Positions 37,136 through 45,996 of a stretch of DNA of 64,000 nucleotides are shown piece by piece. A program made the translations under genes and the position numbers. The notes under the pieces are model-generated. The model was not told the origin of the DNA. It searched no databases and saw nothing but the letters and a program-made list of their open reading frames with translations. How positions within the stretch are numbered: the first letter of the stretch is position 1; every line of letters begins with the position of its first letter. Location of the stretch: contig JAUXQH010000133.1 of assembly GCA_030685065.1 (NCBI GenBank), positions 2,786 to 66,785 on the forward strand, read 5' to 3'. This DNA is from Pseudomonadota bacterium. GTDB lineage: Bacteria; Myxococcota_A; UBA796; SXON01.

Positions 37136-38665
37136 ATGGATGTCGGCCGCGAGATCACTGAAGGGTACAAGGTCTGGCTCGCGCTCGCCGGCGTGTCGCT
37201 CGCCGTCGCATGGCGGTTCCTCCCGCTCCGCGCCGCCTGGGGCCTCCTCCTCACGCTCACGCTCGTGGCGGGCCTGAACTACGCGCGGTGGGGGCCGAGG
37301 CTCCCCTTCGAGAAGGTCGACACCTACGACCTGCTCCACTACTACATCAACGCGAAGTACTTCGACGAGCTCGGCTACTACGACCTCTATCCGGCGTTGG
37401 TCCTGGCTGATCACGATGCCAACGGGCCGTACTACGACGAGGGTTCGAAGTACATGGCGCAGGACGCGTCGGGCCATGCCATGCGCTCGATCGACCACGC
37501 GGTCGCGCGCGGCACCGTCGTGAGGCAGGAAAACTTCACCGCCGAGTCCTGGGCGAGCTTCAGCAAGGATGCGCTCTACATCCAGCGCAACATCAAGGGC
37601 CTGAACGACGAGCTCTGGCGCCAGCTCCTCCAGGACCACGGCTTCAACGGCACGACCGTCTGGACGATGATCGCAAAACCCATCGCGTTGGCGGTCCCCG
37701 TCGAAGGGATCAAGTGGCTCTGCCAGATCGACGTCCTCTTGCTCGTCGCGGGGCTGGGCGCCGTGGGGTGGGCCTACGGCGGGAGCACCGCGGTCTGGGG
37801 TGCCTTCTTCCTCCTCGTCACCTACTCGGGGCGTTGGCCGACGTATTCCTGGGCGTTTCTGCGCTACGACTACATCGCGGCGCTCCTGTTCGCGATGGCG
37901 CTGCTCCGCAAGGGCCACCCGTTCTGGGCCGGCGTGATGACGGCCTGGTCGGGCACGCTCCGGCTCTTCCCGGCGATGTGGATGTACGGCCCCGGGGCCA
38001 AGGGCTTCGCCGGGTTGATCGAGCGGAAGGTGCACAAGCCGCTGCTCGTCCTGCTCGCCGGCTTCCTCGTCGGCGTCGGGGTTCTGCAAGGCGCGGCGAT
38101 CCTCACGCTCGGCCTCGAGCCGGCCCGCATCCACTTCGAGAACATGGAGGACCACAACAGCTCCGAGCAGCTCTCCTCCCGCCGCATCGGTCTCGCCCTG
38201 GCCCTGCCCTTCACCGGGGAGCTCCTCCCCAAGGCGATCACGAAGGCCACCAAGGAGGTGATCGAAGGCCAGAAGCCGCTGCGCTACGGAATCGCCGCGG
38301 TGATGCTGCTCACCCTCGGCTGGGGGCTCCGCCGCTCGCGCGACGACGAGGCCTTCGCGTTCGGGTTCCTCCCGTTCTTCCTGCTCACCACCGCGAGCTA
38401 CTACTACTACGTGGCCCGCATCACGCTGATCGTGCTCCACGCATCCGACCTGCGGAAGCCGAAGCACGCGTTCGGCCTGGCGTGGCTCCTCGGCCTCGAG
38501 GTCTTCTGCAACTGGGCGGAGACCTCGCACCCCGAGCACCGCGTGTTCCTCGTCGGATGGCTGGCGTGGGGGCTGACGGCCTACGGCGCGGTGATGGCGG
38601 CCTGGTACGTCTGGGACGCCCGCAACGCCTTGAATTTGCCGGCAGTAGACAAGGCGGCCGCGTGA
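37136..38665 (+). CDS. Polytopic membrane protein, probable GT-C-fold glycosyltransferase
   Basis: N-terminal TM, Asp/Tyr-rich external loop (DTYDLLHYY..AKYFDELGYYDLY), many TM helices, LRLFP, SYYYY. Confidence 0.55.
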   Translation: MDVGREITEGYKVWLALAGVSLAVAWRFLPLRAAWGLLLTLTLVAGLNYARWGPRLPFEKVDTYDLLHYYINAKYFDELGYYDLYPALVLADHDANGPYYDEGSKYMAQDASGHAMRSIDHAVARGTVVRQENFTAESWASFSKDALYIQRNIKGLNDELWRQLLQDHGFNGTTVWTMIAKPIALAVPVEGIKWLCQIDVLLLVAGLGAVGWAYGGSTAVWGAFFLLVTYSGRWPTYSWAFLRYDYIAALLFAMALLRKGHPFWAGVMTAWSGTLRLFPAMWMYGPGAKGFAGLIERKVHKPLLVLLAGFLVGVGVLQGAAILTLGLEPARIHFENMEDHNSSEQLSSRRIGLALALPFTGELLPKAITKATKEVIEGQKPLRYGIAAVMLLTLGWGLRRSRDDEAFAFGFLPFFLLTTASYYYYVARITLIVLHASDLRKPKHAFGLAWLLGLEVFCNWAETSHPEHRVFLVGWLAWGLTAYGAVMAAWYVWDARNALNLPAVDKAAA

Positions 38666-38693
38666 CGCTGCGGCGCTCCGGCGGAGACGGTCG

Positions 38694-39203
38694 ATGAAGA
38701 CGCTCGAGGCGCGCCTGGCCGCGCTCCGGACGCGCGGGGAGATCAAGGACCTCGCCGCCGAGGTCGAGCGGGACGCGGCGTTGCGGGGCGAGCTGGTCGA
38801 GCTTGCGACGGCGCGGGGCCTCGTGGTCGAGCCGGACGACTCCGCCAAGCGGCTCGTTCGCGCGCTGCTGGGCCGCGCCGACGCAGCGCAGGTGCGAAAG
38901 AACCCGATCCATCGGGACGACGCGTTCACGTGCGCGCACTGCGGCGCGGCGGTGTCCCCGGGAGGAGCGCCCGTGCGCGATCACTGCCCGAGATGCCTCC
39001 GTGGCCTGCATGTCGACGTGGTCCCGGGAGACCGCGCCGCGAGCTGTGGCGGCGTGCTCGACCCGATCGCGTTCGAGCGCCGCCCCGAGGTCGTCATCCG
39101 GTATCGGTGTCGGCGATGTGCGCACAGCTTCGTCGTACGCGCGCATCCGGACGACCGAATCCCTCCGTCCCTCTGCCCGTCGGACGTTCAGGGGCCCGCG
39201 TAG
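38694..39203 (+). CDS. RNHCP domain zinc-binding protein
   Basis: FTCAHCG...RDHCPRCL..LHVD..PGDRAASCGG...YRCRRC. Confidence 0.85.
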   Translation: MKTLEARLAALRTRGEIKDLAAEVERDAALRGELVELATARGLVVEPDDSAKRLVRALLGRADAAQVRKNPIHRDDAFTCAHCGAAVSPGGAPVRDHCPRCLRGLHVDVVPGDRAASCGGVLDPIAFERRPEVVIRYRCRRCAHSFVVRAHPDDRIPPSLCPSDVQGPA

Positions 39204-40243
39204 CGGGGGATCCGCGCGAACGGATCGGCCACGAGCAGGGCGTCGGGCGGGGCCAGCGCGATCGCGGGCGCCGAGACCGCGTCGATGCCGCAGGCGCGCA
39301 GGGACGCCGGGTTGCGCACGCCGGTCACCACGAGCGGATAGCGCCGCGCCAACGCCGCGATCATCACGGCGCGCTGGGTGCCGGCGCCGACGGGGGCGGG
39401 GCCGTCGAGCAGGGCCGCCCACGGCGCCTTGCCGGTGGCGAGGACCGCGGCGAACGCCCGCTCTCCGTCGCCCTCGCCCATCCCCTCGGGACAGCTGGCC
39501 TCCAGGTACAGCGTCGCGCCCTCGACGAGCGGCGGATCGTCCGAGAGCCCGAGGTACGTGGCGGCGCGGCTGGCCTGGTAGAAGTTGACCGCCTTCTTGG
39601 GAGGAACACGTAGGATCGCGGCCGAATAACGCCTTGGAACGTCCTCCCAACAGGCGAGCGACGCGGCGGCGGCGGCGAGCGTGGCGCGGGGCTCCCCGGC
39701 GAACCAGCGCCCCCCCGCGAGCAGGAGCGTCCAGTGACACCCGGCGGCCTCCCCGAGCCCGTCGACCGCGGCGCGGAAGGGGTTTCCCTCGAGCTTTCCC
39801 AGCCGTACGCCGGGGGCGGTGACGCGGTCGCGATGGTGGAGCGCGTCGAGGGTGGCCCGCGCGCCGAGCCCCACCGCCACGGCCTTGTGTCCGCCGGAGA
39901 AGCCGGCGTACTGGTGCAGCTCGACGATGCCGACGCCGAGGAGCACGTCCGCGTCGGCCGCCGCGCGCGCGATGCCGCCCGGGATGCCGTCGACGATCGC
40001 GGTGGGGACGGTATCGTCGGGGTCGTGCTGCACGAGGGGGAACGGGCTCGTCGGCAGCTCGTCGGGGCGCATCCGGCGGTGGAGCCCGAGGCCGACGATC
40101 GCGCGCACGTCCCCGGAGAGCCACGGGCGGAGCGCGGTGAGCGCCATCCCTACGTCGAGCGGCCGGGTGCCATCGGGCACGGCGATGCGAACCCGCGCGC
40201 CGGCGGGCGGGGGCGAGGCGGCGAGGGCGTCGGCGAGGGACAT
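39188..40243 (-). CDS. LarA (lactate racemase / DUF2088) family protein
   Basis: PDGTRP, GLGLHR, HDPDD, ELHQYAGFSGGHK, NFYQA and ASCPEGMG motifs. Confidence 0.8.
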   Translation of the reverse strand: MSLADALAASPPPAGARVRIAVPDGTRPLDVGMALTALRPWLSGDVRAIVGLGLHRRMRPDELPTSPFPLVQHDPDDTVPTAIVDGIPGGIARAAADADVLLGVGIVELHQYAGFSGGHKAVAVGLGARATLDALHHRDRVTAPGVRLGKLEGNPFRAAVDGLGEAAGCHWTLLLAGGRWFAGEPRATLAAAAASLACWEDVPRRYSAAILRVPPKKAVNFYQASRAATYLGLSDDPPLVEGATLYLEASCPEGMGEGDGERAFAAVLATGKAPWAALLDGPAPVGAGTQRAVMIAALARRYPLVVTGVRNPASLRACGIDAVSAPAIALAPPDALLVADPFARIPRYAGP

Positions 40244-40251
40244 GCCGCCTC

Positions 40252-41445
40252 CTATCGGGCGGTCGCGGGCCCCGCGCGAACCAGCCGGCCCCACCCCTCG
40301 GCGATCAGCGCGCCATAGAACGGGGCATACACCACGATCCGCGTGGTGGCCCACTCCGTCCATGCCGAGGTCGCTGGATCGTAGGTGGAGAGGACGATGT
40401 AGGACGCGGGCACGGTCACCGCGAGCACCACCCACGCGCGCGATCCGTTGAGGAGCGCGGCCGCGAGGGGCCACAGCACGTACCAGGGGTGCACCGTCGG
40501 CGAGAGCAGCACGAAGGCGCCGGTAGTCCAGAGCGCCACGCGCGCGGGATCCCGGCTCCGGAGGAGGACCCCGGCGACGACGGCGAGCCCCAGGGCCTGA
40601 AGGAGGGGGCGCGTCCAGGTGCCGAGGCCGAGCTCGGCGAGCGGGAACAACGATCCGTTGAACGCCCACGATGCGCGGTAGGTCTCGAAGCCCTCGGCCC
40701 GCACGAGGGGGAGCGCCACCAGGAGCGTCAGCAGCGCCCAGCCGAGCCACGCGCGCGGCCGTTCGAGCACGAGCAGCACGCCCGGCAGGAGCTTCACCAT
40801 CGCGCCCATCCACGCCCAGGCGCCCCTGCCGCGTGCTTCGGGGGTGACGATGGCGAGCACCAGGAACAGGACGCCGATCCCCTCGAGATGCCCGCTCACG
40901 GCGCTCTCGAGCGCCGGCAGGGGGAGGAGCGCCCAGAGCCAGCCCGCGCGGGGGCGCGCCCGTGCCAGCACCCATGCGGTCCCGACGTCGCAGGCGGCCG
41001 ACACGAGCCGCCACGCGAGCACGCCGCCCCCCGCGAGGACGAGGAAGAGCAGCTGCGCGAAGGGGGGGTAGATGCTGGGGACCTGCCGGTGATTCACGTT
41101 CGCCCACACGGTGTCCCGGAGGTGGGCCAGCGCCGGCGCGTCGGGCGCGAGCACGAACGGGTTCTCGCCCGCCCTCCACACCTGTCCCTCCCAGACGTAG
41201 CGCCAGACGTCGTCGGAGAGGGTCGGCGCCACGACGAGCAGCGGCAGCCGGACGAGCAGCGCCGCGAGGACGACCCGCGCCGGACCGGGGGCATCCGGCG
41301 CGAGCGTGGCCACGACCGCGCCCCAGGCGACGACTACCGCGACGAATGCGGTCGCGTGCGCCCGTGGATCCCCGAGGCAGGCCACGGCGAGCGCGCCGCC
41401 GACGGCGACGGCCAGCGCGACGAGGGGAGGGGGGCGCCCGGGCAC
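40252..41445 (-). CDS. GT-C membrane glycosyltransferase (GT87-like)
   Basis: LSDDVWRYVWEG, ENPF..AP, SIYPPFAQ, ESAVSGHLE, WAFNGS and PTVHPWY motifs. Start uncertain. Confidence 0.8.
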   Translation of the reverse strand: MPGRPPPLVALAVAVGGALAVACLGDPRAHATAFVAVVVAWGAVVATLAPDAPGPARVVLAALLVRLPLLVVAPTLSDDVWRYVWEGQVWRAGENPFVLAPDAPALAHLRDTVWANVNHRQVPSIYPPFAQLLFLVLAGGGVLAWRLVSAACDVGTAWVLARARPRAGWLWALLPLPALESAVSGHLEGIGVLFLVLAIVTPEARGRGAWAWMGAMVKLLPGVLLVLERPRAWLGWALLTLLVALPLVRAEGFETYRASWAFNGSLFPLAELGLGTWTRPLLQALGLAVVAGVLLRSRDPARVALWTTGAFVLLSPTVHPWYVLWPLAAALLNGSRAWVVLAVTVPASYIVLSTYDPATSAWTEWATTRIVVYAPFYGALIAEGWGRLVRAGPATAR

Positions 41446-41527
41446 CTCCGCGGCATAGCCCACCTCCTCGCCGAGCACCGCCCGCGCGCCGGAGCCCGGT
41501 GGCGGGCGGCTCCATGCCCCGCTCACG

Positions 41528-41556
41528 TTGACAGACCTCCGGCGATGCCGTAGATA
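41528..41556 (+). promoter_or_regulatory. Sigma70-type promoter candidate for pal-cpoB
   Basis: TTGACA-N17-TAGATA. Confidence 0.45.
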
Positions 41557-41574
41557 GCGGCGCTCGGGGAGCCC

Positions 41575-42321
41575 ATGTTTCCTGGCCACCGCAGCTGCCG
41601 GCCATCGGCGCGACTCGCCTCGATCCTCCTCCTTCCCCTGCTGCTCCTCGGCTGTCCGCCGAAGAAGCCGTTGGACGACACGGATGGTGGCGAGGTGCTG
41701 AACACCCCCGCCGTCCGGCTCCAGGTCGCCGCGATCGATCCGGACCTCTCTCCGGCGGATCGCACGTTGGACGCCGAGGTCTTCGGAAGCGGCTTCGAGG
41801 AGGGCGCCCGCGTGACCTTCAACAGCGCTCCGGCCACGAGCGTCCGCTTCGGGGACGAGAACTCGCTTCGCGTCAGCGTTCCGGCGATGCCGGCCGGCGC
41901 GTACGACGTGGTGGTCACCAACCCCGACGGCACGAAGGCCACGCTCCGCAAGGGGCTGGTGCTCACGGAAGGCGCGCCGACCACGGCGGGTTGTGCGTCC
42001 GCGACGGTGCGGTTCGACTTCGACAGCTCGGTGCTGGCGGCGGGCACCCGTCAGGAGCTCGATGTGCTTGCCCCGTGTCTTCGCCAGGGAAACGCCACCG
42101 TCCGCATCGAGGGGCACGCGGACGAGCAGGGTACGACCGACTACAACATCGCCCTCGGGCAGCGTCGCGCCGACGCGGTGCAGCGATACCTGGTGGGGCT
42201 CGGCGTCTCGCCCGCCCGGATGCGCACCGTGTCGTATGGTGAGGAGCGTCCGGTGGATCGCTCCGGGAGCGCCGCCGCGAACGCCGCCAACCGCCGCGCC
42301 GAGATCCTCGTCCGGGAGTAG
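41575..42321 (+). CDS. pal: Pal-like OmpA-family lipoprotein with an IPT/TIG-like domain
   Basis: LLLGC lipobox; GSGF...YDVVVTNPDG Ig-like domain; VRFDFDSS, IEGHADEQGTTDYNIALGQRRA, SYGEERP and NRRAE motifs. Confidence 0.85.
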   Translation: MFPGHRSCRPSARLASILLLPLLLLGCPPKKPLDDTDGGEVLNTPAVRLQVAAIDPDLSPADRTLDAEVFGSGFEEGARVTFNSAPATSVRFGDENSLRVSVPAMPAGAYDVVVTNPDGTKATLRKGLVLTEGAPTTAGCASATVRFDFDSSVLAAGTRQELDVLAPCLRQGNATVRIEGHADEQGTTDYNIALGQRRADAVQRYLVGLGVSPARMRTVSYGEERPVDRSGSAAANAANRRAEILVRE

Positions 42322-42323
42322 CC

Positions 42324-43199
42324 GTGATCCTCGCCCCCCTCCTGCTCGCCTGCGTGATCGACCGCACGGGCCAGTCCGCGACCGACCAGATGCACCGTGA
42401 GCTCGCCGACCATGGCCGTCGCGTGCGCGAGCTCGAGGTCGTCTCCGAGGACATGTCCCGTCGCGTCGGCCAGATGGAGGAGGTCACGCGGGCCCGGGGC
42501 CAGGAAGAGATCCTGAAGATGGAGACGATGGAGCAGCTACGCCAGGAGGTGGCCCGGATCCGGGGCGACTTCGAGGTGCTTCAGCACGACTATGGAACAT
42601 ACGAGCAGGCCGGCGTCGGGTTCCAGCAGGACTCCGACTACCGGATGTCGTACGTCGAGAGCCGGGTAGGTGAGCTCGAGAAGTCGCTGGGCGTCAAGTC
42701 GCCGCCGCCCCCCACCCGCGATCCGTCCACCGGCGCCGTCACGGGCACGGACCCCGGTGGCCCCGCCGCGGCTGACCCCGGCACCCCCGATCCCGGCACC
42801 CCGACGCCCGAGGCGCAGGTCCCGGTCACGGGAACGCCCGAGGAGCTCTTCGCCCTCATCGGCAAGAACCTGGAGGAGGGCAACGGAGGCGTGGCGCGGG
42901 CCGTCGCCAAGCGCTTCATCCAGGACAACCCGAAGAGCGACCGCGTGGCCGAGGCGTACTACCGCATCGCGGAGTCCTGGCAGAACGAAGCCGACTACAA
43001 GACCGCGGCCGCGGCCTTCCAGCTCGTGTCCGACAAGTATTCGCAGAGCACGTGGGCGCCGTGGTCCGTGTTGCGGGTCGGCGAGTGTTTCGCGGCCCTC
43101 GGCGACAAGGAGAACGCCAGGCTCTTCTGGTCCGACGTCGTGCAGCGCTTTCCGAAGAGCAAGGCGGCGAAGGAAGCCAAGACCCTGCTCGCGAAGTAG
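42324..43199 (+). CDS. cpoB: CpoB/YbgF-like coiled-coil plus TPR protein
   Basis: Follows pal; coiled coil, Pro-rich linker and three TPRs (AEAYYRIAE...FPKSKAAKEA). Confidence 0.8.
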   Translation: MILAPLLLACVIDRTGQSATDQMHRELADHGRRVRELEVVSEDMSRRVGQMEEVTRARGQEEILKMETMEQLRQEVARIRGDFEVLQHDYGTYEQAGVGFQQDSDYRMSYVESRVGELEKSLGVKSPPPPTRDPSTGAVTGTDPGGPAAADPGTPDPGTPTPEAQVPVTGTPEELFALIGKNLEEGNGGVARAVAKRFIQDNPKSDRVAEAYYRIAESWQNEADYKTAAAAFQLVSDKYSQSTWAPWSVLRVGECFAALGDKENARLFWSDVVQRFPKSKAAKEAKTLLAK

Positions 43200-43331
43200 C
43201 CGCCTTCCGCCGGGCTCGGTCTGTCGCGGGAGGCGTTGCGGGCCGCGCCGCGCGTGCGTCACGGACGGTCAGCCGGCTTGCGCCGGGGCCGCCGGACGAT
43301 TATCCACGGCGTCCCAAACCTCCGTTCAATG

Positions 43332-43359
43332 GAGCGTCCCCCAGGGCGCTCTTTTTTTT
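43332..43359 (+). promoter_or_regulatory. rimP leader terminator/attenuator hairpin
   Basis: GAGCGTCC-CCA-GGGCGCTC hairpin plus T8, about 55 nt upstream of rimP, as in the widely conserved rimP leader. Confidence 0.75.
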
Positions 43360-43412
43360 GGTCTGCCACTCCCGTTTGGTCTACCCACCTCGCCCCTGGT
43401 CCACGTCGCGCC

Positions 43413-43952
43413 ATGACCCACATCCGTTCGCTCATCGATTCGCTCCGCGCGCTGGCCGAGCCCGTGGCCGAGCGCCAGGGCTGCGAGCTCGTCGCGATCG
43501 AGCTGGTCGGTGGTCCGAACGGCAAGCGGGTGCTCCGGGTCTCGCTCGACAAGGTCGGCGGGGCCACGGTGGCCGACTGCGCGAAGGTGTCCCGCGGGCT
43601 GTCGCCCGCGCTCGACGCCGAGGATCTCATCGCCAGCGCGTATGACCTCGAGGTGTCGACTCCCGGCATGGAGCGGCCGCTCCAGCGCGAGAAGGACTTC
43701 GCGTACTTCGCCGGGTGCGAGGCGCGGATCAAGCTGTACGGGATGGATGGCCGCCGCCGCTTGAAGGCGCGTCTTCTGGGCGCAGCGGACGGCCAGGTGC
43801 GCGTGCTCGTCGATGAAGAGGGCGAGCGTCTCATCCCGCTGGCCGACATCGAGCGCGCCAACCTCGTCCTGGATTTGGAACAGTTCGCCCGCCTCGGGCA
43901 GGGCCTGCATCCTGTTGTATCTGCCGGAAATGCCGTAGGAGAAACGCCATGA
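43413..43952 (+). CDS. rimP: Ribosome maturation factor RimP
   Basis: LRVSLDK.GG...DC..VSR, YDLEVSTPGMERPL. Confidence 0.95.
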   Translation: MTHIRSLIDSLRALAEPVAERQGCELVAIELVGGPNGKRVLRVSLDKVGGATVADCAKVSRGLSPALDAEDLIASAYDLEVSTPGMERPLQREKDFAYFAGCEARIKLYGMDGRRRLKARLLGAADGQVRVLVDEEGERLIPLADIERANLVLDLEQFARLGQGLHPVVSAGNAVGETP

Positions 43953-45250
43953 TCAGCGAACTTGCACGCGACCTCGACGCGGTCGCCCGCGAGAAGAACA
44001 TCCCCCGGGACTCCCTCATCGAGGTCCTCGAGCAGGCGATGGTGGCGGCCGGCCGCAAGAAGTACGGCATGCAGAAGGACTTCGAGGCCCAGTGGAACGA
44101 CGAGCTCGGCGAGGTCGAGCTCTTCGAGTTCCGCACCGTCTCCGAGGAAGTCGAGGACGACGATATCGAGATCGACCTCGCGGGCGCGCGCAAGCTCGAC
44201 CCCGAGTGCGAGATCGGCGACAGCCTCGGCATCAAGCTGGATATCGAGGGCCTGGGCCGCATCGCCGCGCAGACGGCGAAGCAGGTCATCATCCAGAAGA
44301 TCCGCGACGCCGAGCGCGAGATGACGTTCTCCGAGTTCAAGGACCGGAAGGGTGAGATCATCACCGGCATCGTGCGTCGCTTCGAGAAGGGCAACATCAT
44401 CGTCGACCTCGGCCGGGCCGAGGCCATGCTGCCGAAGCGCGAGCAGGTGGCGACCGAGACCTACCGCCAGGGTGACCGCATCCAGGCGTACGTCGTGGAC
44501 ATCACGCGCGCCACGAAGACCCCCCAGGTGGTCCTCTCTCGCACCCATCCCGGCCTCCTCATGAAGCTCTTCGAGCTCGAGGTCCCGGAAGTGGCGGAGG
44601 GCATCGTCCGCATCGAGGCCTGCGCACGCGAGCCCGGCTTCCGCGCCAAGATCGCGGTGAGCTCGGTGGACGGGGACGTGGATCCCGTCGGCGCGTGCGT
44701 CGGGATGAAGGGCAGCCGCGTCCAGGCGGTCGTGGGTGAGCTCCGTGGCGAAGCCATCGACATCATCCCCTACCACCCCGATCCGGCGCGCTTCATCGTG
44801 CACGCCATCGCCCCGGCGAGCGTTTCGCGCGTCTACATCGACGAGCATGCGCACGCGATGGAGCTCGTCGTCCCGGACGACCAGCTCTCGAAGGCCATCG
44901 GCCGCCGCGGACAGAACGTCCGTCTCGCCGCCCAGCTCACCGGCTGGCGCATCGACATCTTCAGCGACTCCAAGCACTCGGAGATGAACGAGCAGGCCCG
45001 CGAAGAGCTCGCGCGGGTCGACGCGCTCTCCACCGAGCAGGTCGAGACCCTCATCCGCCACGGGTTCCGTAGCTGCCGCGAGGTGGCGGACGCAGAGCCC
45101 TACGAGCTCGCTGGGATCCTCGGTCTCGAGGAAGCCGAAGCCGACGCCGTGATCGCCGCTGGCGAGCGCGCCCTCGAGGCGCTCATCCTCGAGGAAGCCG
45201 ATCGGCGTAAGGCCGCGGCGGAGCTGCCCCCGAGTGCGGACGAAGTCTAA
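43949..45250 (+). CDS. nusA: Transcription factor NusA
   Basis: [11 protein letters not shown]1 domain, [25 protein letters not shown] and [12 protein letters not shown] motifs. Confidence 0.98.
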   Translation: MISELARDLDAVAREKNIPRDSLIEVLEQAMVAAGRKKYGMQKDFEAQWNDELGEVELFEFRTVSEEVEDDDIEIDLAGARKLDPECEIGDSLGIKLDIEGLGRIAAQTAKQVIIQKIRDAEREMTFSEFKDRKGEIITGIVRRFEKGNIIVDLGRAEAMLPKREQVATETYRQGDRIQAYVVDITRATKTPQVVLSRTHPGLLMKLFELEVPEVAEGIVRIEACAREPGFRAKIAVSSVDGDVDPVGACVGMKGSRVQAVVGELRGEAIDIIPYHPDPARFIVHAIAPASVSRVYIDEHAHAMELVVPDDQLSKAIGRRGQNVRLAAQLTGWRIDIFSDSKHSEMNEQAREELARVDALSTEQVETLIRHGFRSCREVADAEPYELAGILGLEEAEADAVIAAGERALEALILEEADRRKAAAELPPSADEV

Positions 45251-45830
45251 GCGTCCCTCCCCGCCCGGGGAGGGACCAGTTCGAACCTGCGTCGTCACCC
45301 GCGAGTCGGGGCCGCCGGAGGCGCTCGTGCGGGTGGTCCTCGGGCCCGACGGCACGGTCGAGGTCGACTATCGCGCCCGCCTGGGCGGGCGCGGCGCATG
45401 GCTGTTGCCTCGTCGGGACGTAATCGCCACGGCGGAGGCGAAGCCGGGGCTCCTGGCACGGATGCTTCACGTGGAGACCTGCAACACGACCGGCCTGCTC
45501 GAGCGGGTGCGGGCGGCGAACGAACGCACCGTCGGAGAGCTCCTCTCCTTGTCGGCGCGCTCGGGTGCGCTCGCGAGCGGCGGGGACCAGGCGACCTCCG
45601 CGGTCCGCGCGGGGGATGCGCTCGGGTTGGTCGTAGCGAGCGACGCTGCACAGACCAGCATCGATGCGGTGCGCGGAGATCGGGACCTGACGATCTGGAC
45701 GCTGCCTTGGGATAGAGAAGCCCTGGGGCATCGGATCGGCAAAGGTCCGCGCGCGATCGTGGCTTTGCGGGCGGCCGTGGTGACCCGGGCACTCGCCGAA
45801 CAGTTGCGGAGGATGCAGGACTTGCGTTAG
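45234..45830 (+). CDS. YlxR (DUF448) domain fused to an L7Ae-like domain
   Basis: PVRTCVVTR..LVRVV...GGRGAW, then L7Ae-like LLSLSARSGALASG...LVVASDA...LGHRIGK. Confidence 0.8.
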   Translation: MRTKSKRPSPPGEGPVRTCVVTRESGPPEALVRVVLGPDGTVEVDYRARLGGRGAWLLPRRDVIATAEAKPGLLARMLHVETCNTTGLLERVRAANERTVGELLSLSARSGALASGGDQATSAVRAGDALGLVVASDAAQTSIDAVRGDRDLTIWTLPWDREALGHRIGKGPRAIVALRAAVVTRALAEQLRRMQDLR

Positions 45831-45996
45831 TGGCCCCGGCGGGGGCAGGCTGCGGCAACGGGCCCCTCTAGCGAGGCGGCGCGTGCGCCCCGCAGCGGCG
45901 GTCGGCCGGAGCCTCTCCGGCCAAGTTTTCTCCGGTTCATAACGGGATGCGTGCGTATCCTCTGCGGGTTGCGAGCCCGTTCCTACAAGGTACTGA

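Noticed and set aside
35531-38929. 1132-aa minus-strand ORF
   Set aside because: Antisense shadow of the GT2 and GT-C-like genes.
39188-41605. Apparent 805-aa LarA fusion
   Set aside because: The N-terminal part is an off-frame reading of the GT87-like gene; LarA has its own GGAGG and ATG at 40243.
43300-43308. DnaA-box-like TTATCCACG
   Set aside because: Single 8/9 match with no cluster and no origin context.
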